Notes: generated from the sequence alone by a model not told the origin. A DNA stretch of 63,513 nt, filler included, from Octopus bimaculoides (GCF_001194135.2; 3 parts of 3 records of this genome joined end to end with filler, not necessarily neighbours in it); one strand, 5' to 3'. Shown: positions 35,112-48,512, counted from the first letter of the whole stretch. Made by a program: numbers and translations.

Positions 35112-38100
35112 GATGATGATGATGGCTTCTTTTATTTGCCATCAGGGCGAAGGATGAGCCAAACATAACGTGTTGGGTTTTACATATAGGGAAATGATAA
35201 AAAATATTTAAAGTAAAAACAGAAAGTATGCACAGTATACAACAAAACAAGGAAGGGAAGTATACATAGTATACAACAGTGAAAGAAAAGAAGAAGGAAA
35301 GAAAAAGGATAATAGTAATGTGGTTATCCAAGAGATAATCAAGTAACGACGCCGTCCAAGATCTCCCTGAACACCAAGAGCAAGTGTCCTCTCCAATTAT
35401 TTTTCTCCGACTAACAAGTCTACACTTAGAGCGGTACCATTCATTCTTGCCATTTTCGCAACTTTCATCCGCCTTTCAATCAATTCATTCTAGGACAACA
35501 TCTCCCTCTCCACCTTCACTTTCCTTTTCAAGTAAAACTTGACAAAATTGATGAGGGCTCTACCAAAGAGGAATGTCTCTGTCGTCATGCCTTTCAATCT
35601 CTGTCCTCGTGCCTTCCCGTCTCGTCCACCAGGCAAGAGAAAACTGCCATACCAGCCCGATTTAAAGAGGGTGGTGAGGCAATCATCACTATGGATTCAG
35701 CTGAAAGATGGATCCGTCCCACACGCGACAGCAGCTGTTAGACACAACACCACAAGTCAGCAATGCCCGGACACTGAACGAGTGCATGTAAGACGGTTTC
35801 GCCGCACACCTCGGAAAAGCCCGTCTGACAGCACATCCTTACCTGCAGATTTTATCATGAATCAGCAGCGACCCCGGCAGTACTGCCAGGCCAAAGACAT
35901 CCAAAAATTATCCAAGGTAGTCCCCGACCCGAAAGTCCTCCCGAACAGACTAGCGAGTTCGTTTTTGTTGATGCCCAAGGTCTCCACGAGGACGTTGCCG
36001 CATTTCACAGCCACTAATCCTCTATGTGTTGCTAAAGGAGAACATTCACCGATCCCATTGCCCGACTGGTAGGGGACTCTGAGCGCCAGACGACATTTTA
36101 GGTGCCAGGCGCCCAAGTCTGGGTCTATCCTTCAACCAGGACAGCAGCTCCGTCAAAGAGACGAGCTGCGAAAAGACGTGCCTCACAAACGGAGCCCACA
36201 CATGTTCACCCTCCAGAAATCTGGTTTGCACACGTTTTCGCTTCCCCGACCAGACTATCGATGACAAGCGCAGACCTTTTCGCTAACACCTTGGCCAAAA
36301 TCTTAGACTCTATGTTTAGCAGCGTTGTGGGCCGAAAATTCCCTAGAACTTCCCCCATTGCTGGTATCCTCCTCAGCAGGCTTACCACATACTCACTAAT
36401 AGCACTAGGAATCCTCCTGTTATGCTGCCAGTTACGGTTGACGTCTGCCAAGAGGCCGTCAAACAAATCTGGCACGAACACATAGAATTCATAGGGCAAA
36501 CCATCCGAACCGAGCGATTTGCGACTTGCGAAATTGCTCCTCGCCTCCCGTATTTCAGTGGCCGTTATGGGCTTTTCGCAGAACCTCGTGTCAGTTGCCG
36601 AGAGCCGCGACAGGCCGTCCAGCTACGAACTCAATCCGCTACTGTTGTCAACCCATCACCCTCCCCAAACAGCCGCGCGAAGTGCAGCTGGAAAACCGTA
36701 CACATTTGTTCATAACCAGTACCATGCGCCTGTCCCGAGGCCTGGTCATGGTTGTGTTGCCACGTCGCGTTTCCACCGTTCGGGCTAACGGATGGCTTTA
36801 GTTCCTTTGAGTTTGAGCATGCAGGCCTTAGCTCTGACAACGCAGCTTCTGTGTTTCGCGTCGAAGAAATGGTCAGGTGCCATTCTCGCCGCTAGCAAGT
36901 TTATCGCGACACCTTTACTAATCACCTCTTCTAGTTTGCTAACTTCTCTCTTTAATTTATTTATTTCTAAAGTTGGCTCTTTGCTAATCACTAACCAGTC
37001 CCTATAGTCTTCACGTGTCATCTGAAAGTTTCTGAGCAAGTTTTCGCAGCTTTTGCACCTCCTTCCGTGCATTCAAAATACTATTCATGTCTCCCACTTG
37101 TAATATAGTGCGAAACGTTCCTAAGAATGTTTCTAGACGCCTGAAAAAATCTGGCCTTCCAGACCCTTTCGAGGCAAAAACGGACAGTTGTCTGAAGGTA
37201 CCACTTTTGCTGCCACTCACGTCCAGACCACTGCCTTGCCGTCCAGGTTCAAGAACATTGTCCATACTTGGAGATCTAAGGATTTCCGGAATAGCATTGC
37301 TACACCGTCACCCACTCTTGATAGATCACAAGGTGAGCATATCTCGTAGTCTTCGAAAATTGATGCTAGAGCATGCTTTCCGAAAATTCTTTTTTGACTA
37401 ATGGCAGCCACATCTAAACCATGCAACCTGAGATCGTTGAACAAATGACCTTGTTTCCAAGCTAACCCCACTCCACGCACATTCACACACCCTATTCTCA
37501 GCGCAATCATGCTAGTCGGAGAAAGAAAAAGTGGAGATCAATCCCCTTGATTTTCGAGAAACCCAGATGTTTCGTATCTCTACTGACAAATGTTTTCTAA
37601 GAGTCCCTTCTAAAAGCCTTTTGTCTGTTGTTTTCTTTAAAATTCCAACACTAGCTGGGAATTTTTCAAGAATCGCTTTATATAAACGTCTGAGAACAAT
37701 TTATTATTAGTCCGTCATTCGCGGGGTTTGCAGATGAAATCTTCAGATTCCTTTCTCCGTCTCGATTTTGTTTTTATTTTGACTTACGTAATCCACCAAT
37801 TCACTGTTACTTTTGTTCACAACGATGAAGTTGATGGATACAATTTGCGTACAGTTGGAAATATTTTGTTGTTTTTGCAGTTCCATTATTGGTTGTTTCT
37901 GTGTCTTCTTGTTATTGTCACTGATGTTGCTGTTTTTTGTTCTTGAAGCGGTTGTGAACTGGGCTGCAGTTGTGGTTCATGTGTTTGCTATTGCTGTATT
38001 TTTGGGATAGGGCTATGTAACATCCTCTTCTTTCGCCTGCCCCTTTCTGTGATTGTTATCTATGTTTCGACCTATCATTCTTTTTCCATGTCATTGTTAA

Positions 38101-38800
38101 GGAGAAGCTTACTTTTCCGAGGGAGTAAAGCCCCTTCGTTGTCTCGGTTTAGCACTCTCACTAGACTTCGTGTGTGTAGTGTTGGCAGCAGTGGGTGGTT
38201 TGTCTTCTTTGTTTGGGAGCAGAAAACCTTTAAGCGAGTCACAGATCCAGATATATGGCATCTTGGTTTTCTACCCTCCACTATCACTGACAAGTGAATG
38301 TCATCGTGGAGGTCTATCAGGCCAGGTATTTCGTTAATATATTTGGTTAGATTGTATGATCAATTCCATACCTATACCTGGCCAGTTCTGTTGAGATATT
38401 TTCTTTACCTCCAAGATAGTCACCTCTTCCTCTATACCCACCAAGACGGCCGCCACCAACCAGATGATGGGTATTTCTGGCGACACGTTTATCACCCTAA
38501 CTTTAGCAAAGTGTTGGCCACGATAACTGGGGATAAAGAAAAGTTCATTCCTCAATGACATCACGAAATGCAACCTGGTTTCTTACCAAATTGCACTTCA
38601 ATGGTGCCAAACTTTTATCCTCAAGTGATAAGGGTCTTGTGTTCCTACATGCTCCCGAGGTATTTCTGAATTTGGTCCGCAGTAGCGTTTTCCACCCGGT
38701 GCAATTTTGCTCCACTGCAGTGGTATGTAACAGTTGCTTTTTATCACCTCGGGTGGAAGGCTGAAAGCTACTCTTTTCCCATTTTTTAAACAGTTTGTCT
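35112..38800 (-). mobile_element. Near full-span Tx1/L1-clade LINE (ORF1 + APE endonuclease + internally deleted RT + 3' UTR)
   Basis: ORF1 with VEGRKPRCH...; ORF2 start MIALRIGCVNVRG...LDVAAISQ at 37510; VGDMNSIL; NFRPTTLLNIESKILAKVLA jumps to the C-terminal region. 3' end AATAAAAGAAGC(CAT)n at about 35136-35112. Confidence 0.85.
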
Positions 38801-38984
38801 CGCGAGTTTTAAATATTCATTTTAGCGGAAATCCCCATTTCAACATTTCTTGTCGTGGTTATAGCGACTGTAACGACTGTAGCAGAGCCGACGGTGGCGG
38901 TAACGGAAGCGGTGATGGTGTTTGTGTCACTCAAAATTTTCTGTTTTTTTTCCTTCGTTATCGGTATTGTAGCTGTTGTTGTTA

Positions 38985-39061
38985 TTGCTGTTGCTGCTGC
39001 TGTTGTTGTTGTTGTTGTTGTTGTTCTTGTTGTTCTTGTTGTTCTTGTTTTTGGTGGTGGT

Positions 39062-39095
<34 letters not shown>

Positions 39096-39116
39096 ATACT
39101 GCTATTGTCGTCATTG

Positions 39117-39148
<32 letters not shown>

Positions 39149-39150
39149 GT
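38985..39150. repeat. Compound (GTT)/(GGT)/(GGC) microsatellite
   Basis: Direct reading. Confidence 0.9.
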
Positions 39151-39639
39151 TACAGCTGCTGCAGTTGTTGGTGACATTGTCGAATGTGTTGTTGAATTGC
39201 TGATTTGCTGAACAGTCAACTGTCTTGAAGCTGCTAACAGACAAAAGGGTACGACATTCAGCGTTTGTTTTCGCTGGCATGCGTGAGACGTCATTAGTTG
39301 CAGTCAACACTATGCTAGTAACCTCTTGTTTTGGGGACATGGAACGCACCCATCATCGAACATTAGAATTCTTTCTTTGTCATCTTTCAAAATATTTGGA
39401 ACAAATCAAAATATTTGCTTTTTTAATACAGTTCAAAAATATTGATGTTCCCTGCCCACTTCCCTGCAAAACAGGTTATGTCTTTAAACAAAAATACTAC
39501 CAGCGCAATCAAGGCAATGTTAAAAACAAGGCTGTACCAATAAAAATGAATTCACAGAACCTTAACAGGCCGAAAAGATTGAAAGCCCCCTTACGACTTA
39601 CGGAGCTTCAAGTTTCTATATCTTCCCAGTATGGCAGGA

Positions 39640-39650
39640 ATAACAACAAC

Positions 39651-39700
<50 letters not shown>

Positions 39701-39718
39701 TAATAATAATAATAATAA
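39640..39718. repeat. (AAT)n microsatellite
   Basis: Direct reading. Confidence 0.95.
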
Positions 39719-39964
39719 TGTACCCTGATGGTTTTTGATCTTAACTGATGGGAAGTGTTATCATGTACATTGTTTCGTCTTGGTATAAAAGATGGGCTAC
39801 AGATTTGCTTGTCAGTTGTTTGACCTTAACCAGTTGAGCATGTCCCTTGATGGCTGACGATATATGAATCTCTGATCTCGAGCAGAAGTAGCCATGTGTT
39901 GAGAGGAACTCTTTGGGGTTTGAATAATTCACTACTGGAAACATGGGTGTTTTGTTCATCATCC

Positions 39965-41446
39965 TTAAAATAAACCTTATTCAGAGACCTTTTGAGCGGG
40001 ATGGGTTACTCGACCGGGAGAAAATTCTAGCTGGGCCCCACTTGCAAGGTCATGCACTTTTTATCTTGATATGACAACACCATGTCGCGCACATATTGGG
40101 ACTGTAAAATATAGACGTAACATGTGCAACAAAAACGAAGTAAGTAACGAATCACTACAAACCCAAACTGTAAGAATGCATAATGATGAGCAAAATGCAC
40201 CAAAGCAGAACACCACAGACAAAACTATAAATGGGAAGGAATGTGGAACAAACTTAGAAACTGGAAAGAATGTATCCATGATTATGATACTCGAATAATG
40301 AATATAATCAAGAAACTAAAAGCCACATATCTCAGTATAGAAAACCGATTGTATCTCCCAAAAATGAAAGTTGATAATAATACAGCAATAATAATAAATA
40401 ACATAAATCTGGCCGTCACAGAAGTAATATCAACAGAAACAAGTGTCAATATGATCGGGTTATATAATGTAATATATGCAACAGGCTCTGTGGCCACAAA
40501 AGAAGCTGAGTACTCTCTCAAACCCATCCAAACAGGAGTATCATAATCTAAACAAACTCTATGGAAAAATAGTACCCAAAAAAAATAATACCCAGAAAAA
40601 AAGCCTCCCCACGAGAAATCACCAGAAACATATAATGAAAAGAATTACAAGTAACTGCAGGATATGTGGTGATGGGGAAGAAACAATAAATTATATTGTC
40701 TCGGGCTGCCTCGACCTGGGTAAGAAGGAATATACCTACAGAAATAACAGAGTTGGGGCCTATATACACTGGAAGCTATGCCAACTCTATAGAATGATAA
40801 CAGAAAAAAGATGGTATAGACACAACCCAGAAAAGGTCTAAGAAAATGACAAAGCAAATATACACTGAGATATGCCAATACACACAGATAGAGAAATCAA
40901 GGCTAAAAGACTGGATATAGTTGTCAGAGATAACCTAGAAAAAATTCCTTCTAATCGTATTTTTAAAAGAAACGGAGAAACTCTCAAAATACAAAGATCT
41001 GGAAATAGAAGTAACCCAAATGTGAAGTCTAAAAACATAAACAATTCCTATAACAATAGGTGCATTAGGTATCATTATAAAACATTCAGACAAATACATA
41101 ACCAAAGCACCATAACTTACGAATATATATAACTATTTCTACTCTAGGCACAAGGCCTTGAAAATTTGGGGGGAAGGGGGATAATCGATTACATCGACCC
41201 CAGTAACTGGTACTTATTTCATCGACCCCAAGAGGATGAAAGGCAAATTCGACCTCGGTGGAATTTGAAATGAATATATATAACAATCGGAAAATATCAC
41301 TACTAGGCACCGCACACATCCTACGTAAAGCACTTTCAATACAGTGAAATTAAGAGCACCACAACAAACCACTGCACATACCCAAGACACACAGAGTTGT
41401 GCTCGGTAGTGCAGTAAAAGCACGTGATAAAAATAAGACATACTGA
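39965..41446 (+). mobile_element. R4/Dong element with putative 5' region, large internal deletion and intact 3' UTR
   Basis: N-terminal-like ORF 40241-40546, then CRICGDGEETINYIVSGC...YIHWKLCQ and RLDIVVRD. The 3' UTR matches 1-228 and is split by a SINE. Confidence 0.75.
41135..41270 (-). mobile_element. SINE (second family) inserted in the Dong 3' end
   Basis: ggcacaaggcc..aaatttggggg...catcgacccca...atcgaccccaagaggatgaaaggcaaattcgacctcgg. Confidence 0.8.
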
Positions 41447-41449
41447 AAA

Positions 41450-41700
41450 CTGAACTCAGCTAGGAAAAATTGCATCGATGCCATTAAAACTTTGGTACTT
41501 CCATTAATTTAATACAGTTTTAACATCATTAACTGGAAGCCTACAGAACTCCAACGCCTGGACAGGAAGACAAGAAACATCTAAGAACATGCACCACCTA
41601 AAAGCAGACGTTGATCGTCTGTACCTACCTAAAAGTAATGGGGGAAGAAGAATGATGCAATTAGAACTGTATTTCAATGATGCAATTAGAACTGTGTTTA
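41450..41700 (+). mobile_element. Dong-like RT C-terminal fragment (diverged subfamily)
   Basis: TELQRLDRKTRNI...DVDRLYLPKSNGG. Confidence 0.65.
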
Positions 41701-42103
41701 AGGCTTGAGCACCAATTTCAAGAAACTAGCTACGAATCGATTTGTGGTCATTGAATATTCTTTCGATGATGAAGACTCTTACTTTCTACCGTTTGCAACA
41801 CTTCAGCACATGCTTGTTGACCGTTTTCTGCGTTTTAGCTTGTCTTACAAAGTCCCTTTGAAAAATTCAAATTTGATTGCAACGAATTCAAATTTGATTG
41901 CAAAGAATCCAAACTAGATCGAAAACATCTATATATACAAACAAATAACTTCCCTCAGATACGCCGCCACAACAACACGTGCGAGAAAATGTAAACACAT
42001 GGATTGCAATATTTCTATACGAAAACTGCAAATTTGTGAGTAGAATATTAAATTTAATATTTTAATTACATATACATCCATATTCATACAAGACCTCTCT
42101 CTG

Positions 42104-42217
<114 letters not shown>

Positions 42218-42238
42218 CATATATATATCAAACATAGT

Positions 42239-42578
42239 TTAAAAACAGAACACAAAGGATATCGCGGTACACGTGTTTCAAGCTTTATTAACAATCTGTT
42301 ATTACATCAGCATAGTTATATTATTGATATAAAAGATAGTGTAAAGCTCTCCTCAGCCGCAACCATTGTTAGTCCAAAGATTACATCACAAAAGAAAAAG
42401 TACACATAGTATTGCCCATTATAATAGGTTTATCACATCCCTTTGAAAAGGTATATTTGTATAAAGGTTCATTGGATTTATCTTTTATATCAATAATATA
42501 ACTATGTTGATGTAATAACAGATTGTTTATAAAGCTTGAAACGCGTGTACCGGTATATCCTTTGTGTTCTGTTTTTAA
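42239..42578. mobile_element. Fold-back element: 100-bp inverted arms around a 140-bp spacer, TTAA at both ends
   Basis: Arms 42239-42338 and 42479-42578 differ at about 5 positions. Confidence 0.75.
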
Positions 42579-42669
42579 TTTAAGTTGATATATTCTCTCA
42601 CCTCTGCCACTATCTGGCATACACAGGTGCTTACACTTATCAAGTATTCCCTCTAAGCTTACAGTACCT

Positions 42670-42712
<43 letters not shown>

Positions 42713-44144
42713 CTTTGGGAAAACAAATTTCCAAATCAATCAGGTGCAACCCTTTAGTGTTATATGCATCTACATATCGTATTTGGGGTCTTATTTATTG
42801 TATATTTATATATTTATCTATCTATCTATCTATCTATATATATANNNNNNNNNNNNNNNNNNNNNNNNNNNNNNNNNNNNNNNNNNNNNNNNNNNNNNNN
42901 NNNNNNNNNNNNNNNNNNNNNNNNNNNNNNNNNNNNNNNNNNNNNNNNNNNNNNNNNNNNNNNNNNNNNNNNNNNNNNNNNNNNNNNNNNNNNNNNNNNN
43001 NNNNNNNNNNNNNNNNNNNNNNNNNNNNNNNNNNNNNNNNNNNNNNNNNNNNNNNNNNNNNNNNNNNNNNNNNNNNNNNNNNNNNNNNNNNNNNNNNNNN
43101 NNNNNNNNNNNNNNNNNNNNNNNNNNNNNNNNNNNNNNNNNNNNNNNNNNNNNNNNNNNNNNNNNNNNNNNNNNNNNNNNNNNNNNNNNNNNNNNNNNNN
43201 NNNNNNNNNNNNNNNNNNNNNNNNNNNNNNNNNNNNNNNNNNNNNNNNNNNNNNNNNNNNNNNNNNNNNNNNNNNNNNNNNNNNNNNNNNNNNNNNNNNN
43301 NNNNNNNNNNNNNNNNNNNNNNNNNNNNNNNNNNNNNNNNNNNNNNNNNNNNNNNNNNNNNNNNNNNNNNNNNNNNNNNNNNNNNNNNNNNNNNNNNNNN
43401 NNNNNNNNNNNNNNNNNNNNNNNNNNNNNNNNNNNNNNNNNNNNNNNNNNNNNNNNNNNNNNNNNNNNNNNNNNNNNNNNNNNNNNNNNNNNNNNNNNNN
43501 NNNNNNNNNNNNNNNNNNNNNNNNNNNNNNNNNNNNNNNNNNNNNNNNNNNNNNNNNNNNNNNNNNNNNNNNNNNNNNNNNNNNNNNNNNNNTCTTATGA
43601 TATTTACTTTACTTTATATTATACTCATTTATTGTGCTTTTAATTATTAATTTTTCTATATGTGATAGTGGATTTTCATCGATGAGTTCTTGAAAATTGG
43701 TTATTTTCCCTAAAACTATATATATTTTATATATACTTTATCTATAAGGCTCAATTTAATTTTAATTTTTTATAAATTGATTTTAATTGAGTTTTTTACC
43801 TGTAATTTTGGATTTTGTCCCTAATAATATTATATATATATATATATATATTTATATGAGCAACACACACATATACACACGCACGTATGTACACCAATTG
43901 CATACATATTTTTTGTACGCATACATGTTCGTATGTGTGTGTGTGTTGCCCGTATATCAACAAAACACACACACCTTGCCTTACATATATATACGGATAA
44001 GTGATTTGAAATAAATATCTTTTGGAAATGGCGATTTACGGTACAATACCTAGAAACGTGAAAATCAGACCACATGGGTTTGTTTACATCATTTCAGCAG
44101 AGATAGAGAGAGCGCGATCTCTCTCCCTTACACACATTTATCTC

Positions 44145-44219
<75 letters not shown>

Positions 44220-44974
44220 CTCTCTCCCTGTCTCACACACACAGCAACATTACACACACACACATGCTGCTCTCTCACATTAACAAAAGAACTTCACATA
44301 CACACCACACTTTCTGTCTCGCATACTCACTATAAAAAGATAGCGTCTATTTCTTTTTGGCAACATGTGTTATGTGTGTAATGTTGCTGTGTGTGTGTGT
44401 GTGAGAGANNNNNNNNNNNNNNNNNNNNNNNNNNNNNNNNNNNNNNNNNNNNNNNNNNNNNNNNNNNNNNNATTTTTTCTGTTTGCTTGCTGCTTACCAC
44501 ACAGACGCTGGCAAACAAAATGTAACTCTCCTTCACCCTCCCTCTCACAAACATACAATTTCTCTCTCTCTCTCTACTTCATGCGCGTATGCACAGATTT
44601 GACTCCGCCATGTCAACAAACTTCAAAATTGGTAAAAGTTTATCGATTTTTACAGGTATACGCGGGTACCTCTGAGAGAGAAAGTTCACTAAAATGCACA
44701 TAGGATCATTCCGAATCTTCTTCTAAAATTGGAGCGACATGCGTGCTAATTTGTGGACGTGCATAAACCACATTCACGTAACACACACACAAACATCCTC
44801 TCTTTTATATATATATACAGATATATATATAAGTAGAATATACTTTGTACATTTATAGATAAATATATAAATATACGATAAATAAGACCCCAAAAAGCGA
44901 TATGTGGATGCATATAACGCTGAAGGGTTGCACCTGATTGATTTGGAAATTTGTTTTCCAAAATTATTTATATT

Positions 44975-46462
44975 AATCATAGAATTGTTTCTATGTCAGA
45001 AATGGATCTTTCAGATGATAGAGTGGAACTCATCTTTGAAGGATATACTTATTCCCAGCACAAAAGAATATATAGCGGACCTAATTAACCAGCTAAAAAA
45101 CTTTATAAATAGAACGAAACGGAAGGCTCACTACTACAATAACAACAATCCTAATAAGAATAATACTAACATGGAAGATATAGACTATATAAAGAGAAAC
45201 TTCAAATCTAGGCAGGAACCTCCCAATAATAGAATTATACAGGACTTTGAGGAGAAAATATGGAATATGGTAAAAAATATCAAATTCAAAAAATACCTAA
45301 CAGACACAACAAGCAACTCAGCAACTTAGCTAGAAAAATAGACATATTAAAAAACCAGGATGGAGTTATAGTGCAATCTGATAAGGCCAAGAATTTATAT
45401 TGTCTGTATACACCACTTTATGATAAACTACTAGAAAACGAAATAATGAAAAAATTAAAGGTAGTTAATAAAAATTATTTAGATAATATTAACACAATTT
45501 CCAAAAAAATCATGGTTAAATATGGTATTGAAAATAGAACTGAACCATATGTCCCGATGCATCCAAGAATAACGATTAAAGACCATAAAGATAATTTTTA
45601 CTCAAACCCCCAAGTAAGATTAATATGCCCTAGCAAGTCAGATACAGGTAGACTTAGTAAATTAATATTGGATAAATATATAGATAAATTAAATAAGTTA
45701 GGTAACCTTAAACTCTGGAATTGTACCCGAGATGCTATAAAATGGTTTAATAATATTAAGGATAAAAATAGATGTAAATTCCTTCAAATTGATACAGAGA
45801 ATTACTATTCATCTGTCAATGAAGTGGTTCTAAATAATGCCCTATCATATGCCATGAGAAAGGTAAATATGTCATTTGAAGAAGTAAAAGTAGTGTTGGC
45901 CGCGAGGAAGTCCATTATAAAATATAAAGATAAACTATGGGCAAGAAAAGACACTAGAGATTGTTTTGATATACCCATGGGTGCCCCACAGTCAGCTGAG
46001 GTTAACGATCTTGTAGGTTTATATCTCTTATATGAACTAGAAATAGAATTCACGAATATAGAGGGTGGTCTTTATAGGGACGACTTACTACTTATAACTA
46101 GGAATTGTACTAATAGTTCATTAGAATGCCTTAAGAAGAAAATGTACAAGTTCTTTAAGAATAATGGCCTAGGAATATCTATAGAGAATGAGCATTATGC
46201 AGTAAATTATCTAGACGTCAACCTTAATCTAGTCACTAATAAGATCCATCCATTCCATAAGTTGAATGAAAACTTAAAGTATATTAGTTCTTCAAGTAAC
46301 CATCCTAAATTAGTTTTAAAAGCCTTGATAAAAAATATAGGTAAAAGAATATCTATGCTATTCTCAGATTATGACACGTTTAATAAACATGCCCCATATT
46401 ATAATAAAGCATTAGAAGAAGCAGGATACAACTCTAATATAAAATTCTTTAATTATTATGAA

Positions 46463-46465
<3 letters not shown>
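44975..46465 (+). mobile_element. Penelope-like retroelement (Naiad/Chlamys-type RT), lacking the GIY-YIG end
   Basis: N-terminal SLKDILIPSTKEY...FKSRQEPP...FEEKIWNMVKNIKFKK, then a frameshift at about 45300 into ORF 45260-46561 with QSDKAKNLY, ITIKDHKDNF.SNPQVRLICPSKSD.GRLSK, FDIPMGAPQSAEV.DLVGLY, GLYRDD, YLDV.L and SNHP. Confidence 0.85.
45260..46465 (+). CDS. PLE reverse transcriptase, about 400 codons open, running into (AAT)n
   Basis: RT motifs including YRDD. The true start lies in another frame upstream, so this copy is non-functional. Confidence 0.75.
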
Positions 46466-46556
<91 letters not shown>

Positions 46557-46713
46557 TTTGAGGAAAGAATCAGATTCTACAGGCAAAATAAGATGTTCAA
46601 ATCCAATGCCAAATCATTTTACAGGGAAATAGGGAAAGAAAAAATAACCATTGAAAACCCACCCCCAATGGAAGAAGTTGAAAACTTTTGGAAAGGGATC
46701 TGGAGTGATGAGA
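46460..46713 (+). mobile_element. (AAT)n followed by a 5'-truncated Dong fragment
   Basis: After the repeat: RIRFYRQNKMFKSNAKSFYREIGK...PPPMEEVENFWKGIWSDE, homologous to APTAEEVEEFWKEIWS at 2160-2215. Confidence 0.75.
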
Positions 46714-46813
46714 NNNNNNNNNNNNNNNNNNNNNNNNNNNNNNNNNNNNNNNNNNNNTTAATTAATTAANNNNNNNNNNNNNNNNNNNNNNNNNNNNNNN
46801 NNNNNNNNNNNNN
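46714..46813. other. Artificial 100-bp join with TTAATTAATTAA
   Basis: 44 N + 12-mer (46758-46769) + 44 N. Confidence 0.9.
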
Positions 46814-46819
46814 ATGAGA

Positions 46820-46856
<37 letters not shown>

Positions 46857-46974
46857 AGAGTTCGAAAGAGAGTGTGTGCTTGTGTAAAACCATTTGCTTT
46901 GGTATTAAATCTGACATTTATTGCTTTGATCATTTTATTTCTGCATGGCGATACAACAATGGAATTAAGGGAGC

Positions 46975-47008
<34 letters not shown>

Positions 47009-47689
47009 TAATAATAATAATAATAATAATGATAATAATAATAACAATATCTATTATCGTTTTTGTTGTTATTGTTGTTATGTATAACATTAACTCGACC
47101 CGTGCATTAGATCATTGATGCATGAAAGAAGTGCTGCCTCGTGTCACTCAGACATACGCACACACTTGTGTGCGCTACACAAACACATACACATATACAT
47201 ACACTCGTATATGTAACTACATACACGATGGAATCTTTACACATGCACATACACACAGGCACACATACGCATGCACACAAAATAAGCACACTGATAAAAT
47301 ACGTACACTCACTTATTCATTGGCATGCCACTTAAAACATTTTGTCTCGTTTTCCACGCATCACACACTTTTGATGAGGCGCTATAAGCAATAGGTGTTA
47401 ACAAGCTGTGTCGAATCCTTTCTTACTTAACACATTTTATTGTGGAAATGAGCCAGGATATAAACAATCGTATAATTAGAAACAAATAATAGTTTATATC
47501 TTTGTGTTACTACATTTATTTTTACATTACAATTTGCGAGCAGCTTTCAAATTGTCAAATTAAAATCACTGGTTCTTTGCGTTTCTGACGTTTAGAGTAA
47601 CAAAGGAAGATGTGACTCGTTTGTGGGTTAACGGTCTTCTGGTTTTTGTCACTGGCGCTCACATCGTGAGCTGATATGCATGTATACGT

Positions 47690-47718
47690 AAATAGATAGA
47701 TAGACAGACAGACAGACT

Positions 47719-47792
<74 letters not shown>

Positions 47793-47805
47793 AAGACTGA
47801 TAGAC

Positions 47806-47837
<32 letters not shown>

Positions 47838-47931
47838 GGATAGATAGATGGATGGATAAATGTTATATTTGAATGTCAACATTAATTTGGTGCAAATGCA
47901 TACATACAAGAAATTACACTTAAGTCATGGT

Positions 47932-48002
<71 letters not shown>
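47690..48002. repeat. (GATA/GACA)n at 47690-47860 and (GA)n at 47935-48002
   Basis: Direct reading. Confidence 0.9.
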
Positions 48003-48006
<4 letters not shown>

Positions 48007-48512
48007 GGCAGAGCAGTATATGAATGCAAAACTACTGAATATAGAAAAGCGAGTTAATTTAGGGTGAGACTTCCGAAATGCCAATGTTGCTTGTCAAAGC
48101 TGCCTTCCAGAATAATTATCTCAAGAAAGAAAATAAGAATAAAAAAGAAAAAAGCACCTACACTCAAAGAAATGTAATTAAAAATATCAAACAACGTAGA
48201 ATACATTTAAAAAATTAATTTAAAAAGATGTCTTGACATAGAATATAGACTATAGAAAAACTATACCGTGAGTTGCGGTGTGAGACGGACATCGAAAGAC
48301 TGTCATTACAGTGCAGTCTTATGTCTTACATGTTAACAGTTAATAAATTCCTTCAAGTCGTCATTTATCATTCCGAGGTTGCGGCTGGTGTTGCTTTTTA
48401 TTTTTTGCTATTGTTGATGTTGTAACAGTTGCAGCTGTTGTTATTGATGCTGACGATGTTATCGCTGCTGTTGTTGTTCATAAAAATGCTGTTGATGTTT
48501 TCGCTCTTGCTG

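Noticed and set aside
35403-37524. 11-bp inverted match (ttctccgacta) between the Tx1 3' region and the ORF1/ORF2 junction
   Set aside because: Too short to distinguish from chance.
39741-39962. Ankyrin-like words (IHISSAIKGHAQLVK) in a short minus ORF
   Set aside because: A single weak motif with no second repeat or splice support, lying between (AAT)n and a Dong 5' region.
39965-40120. HDV-like ribozyme at the Dong 5' region (known for some R2/R4 elements)
   Set aside because: I could not fit the nested double-pseudoknot by eye. It needs an RNAMotif or Infernal search.
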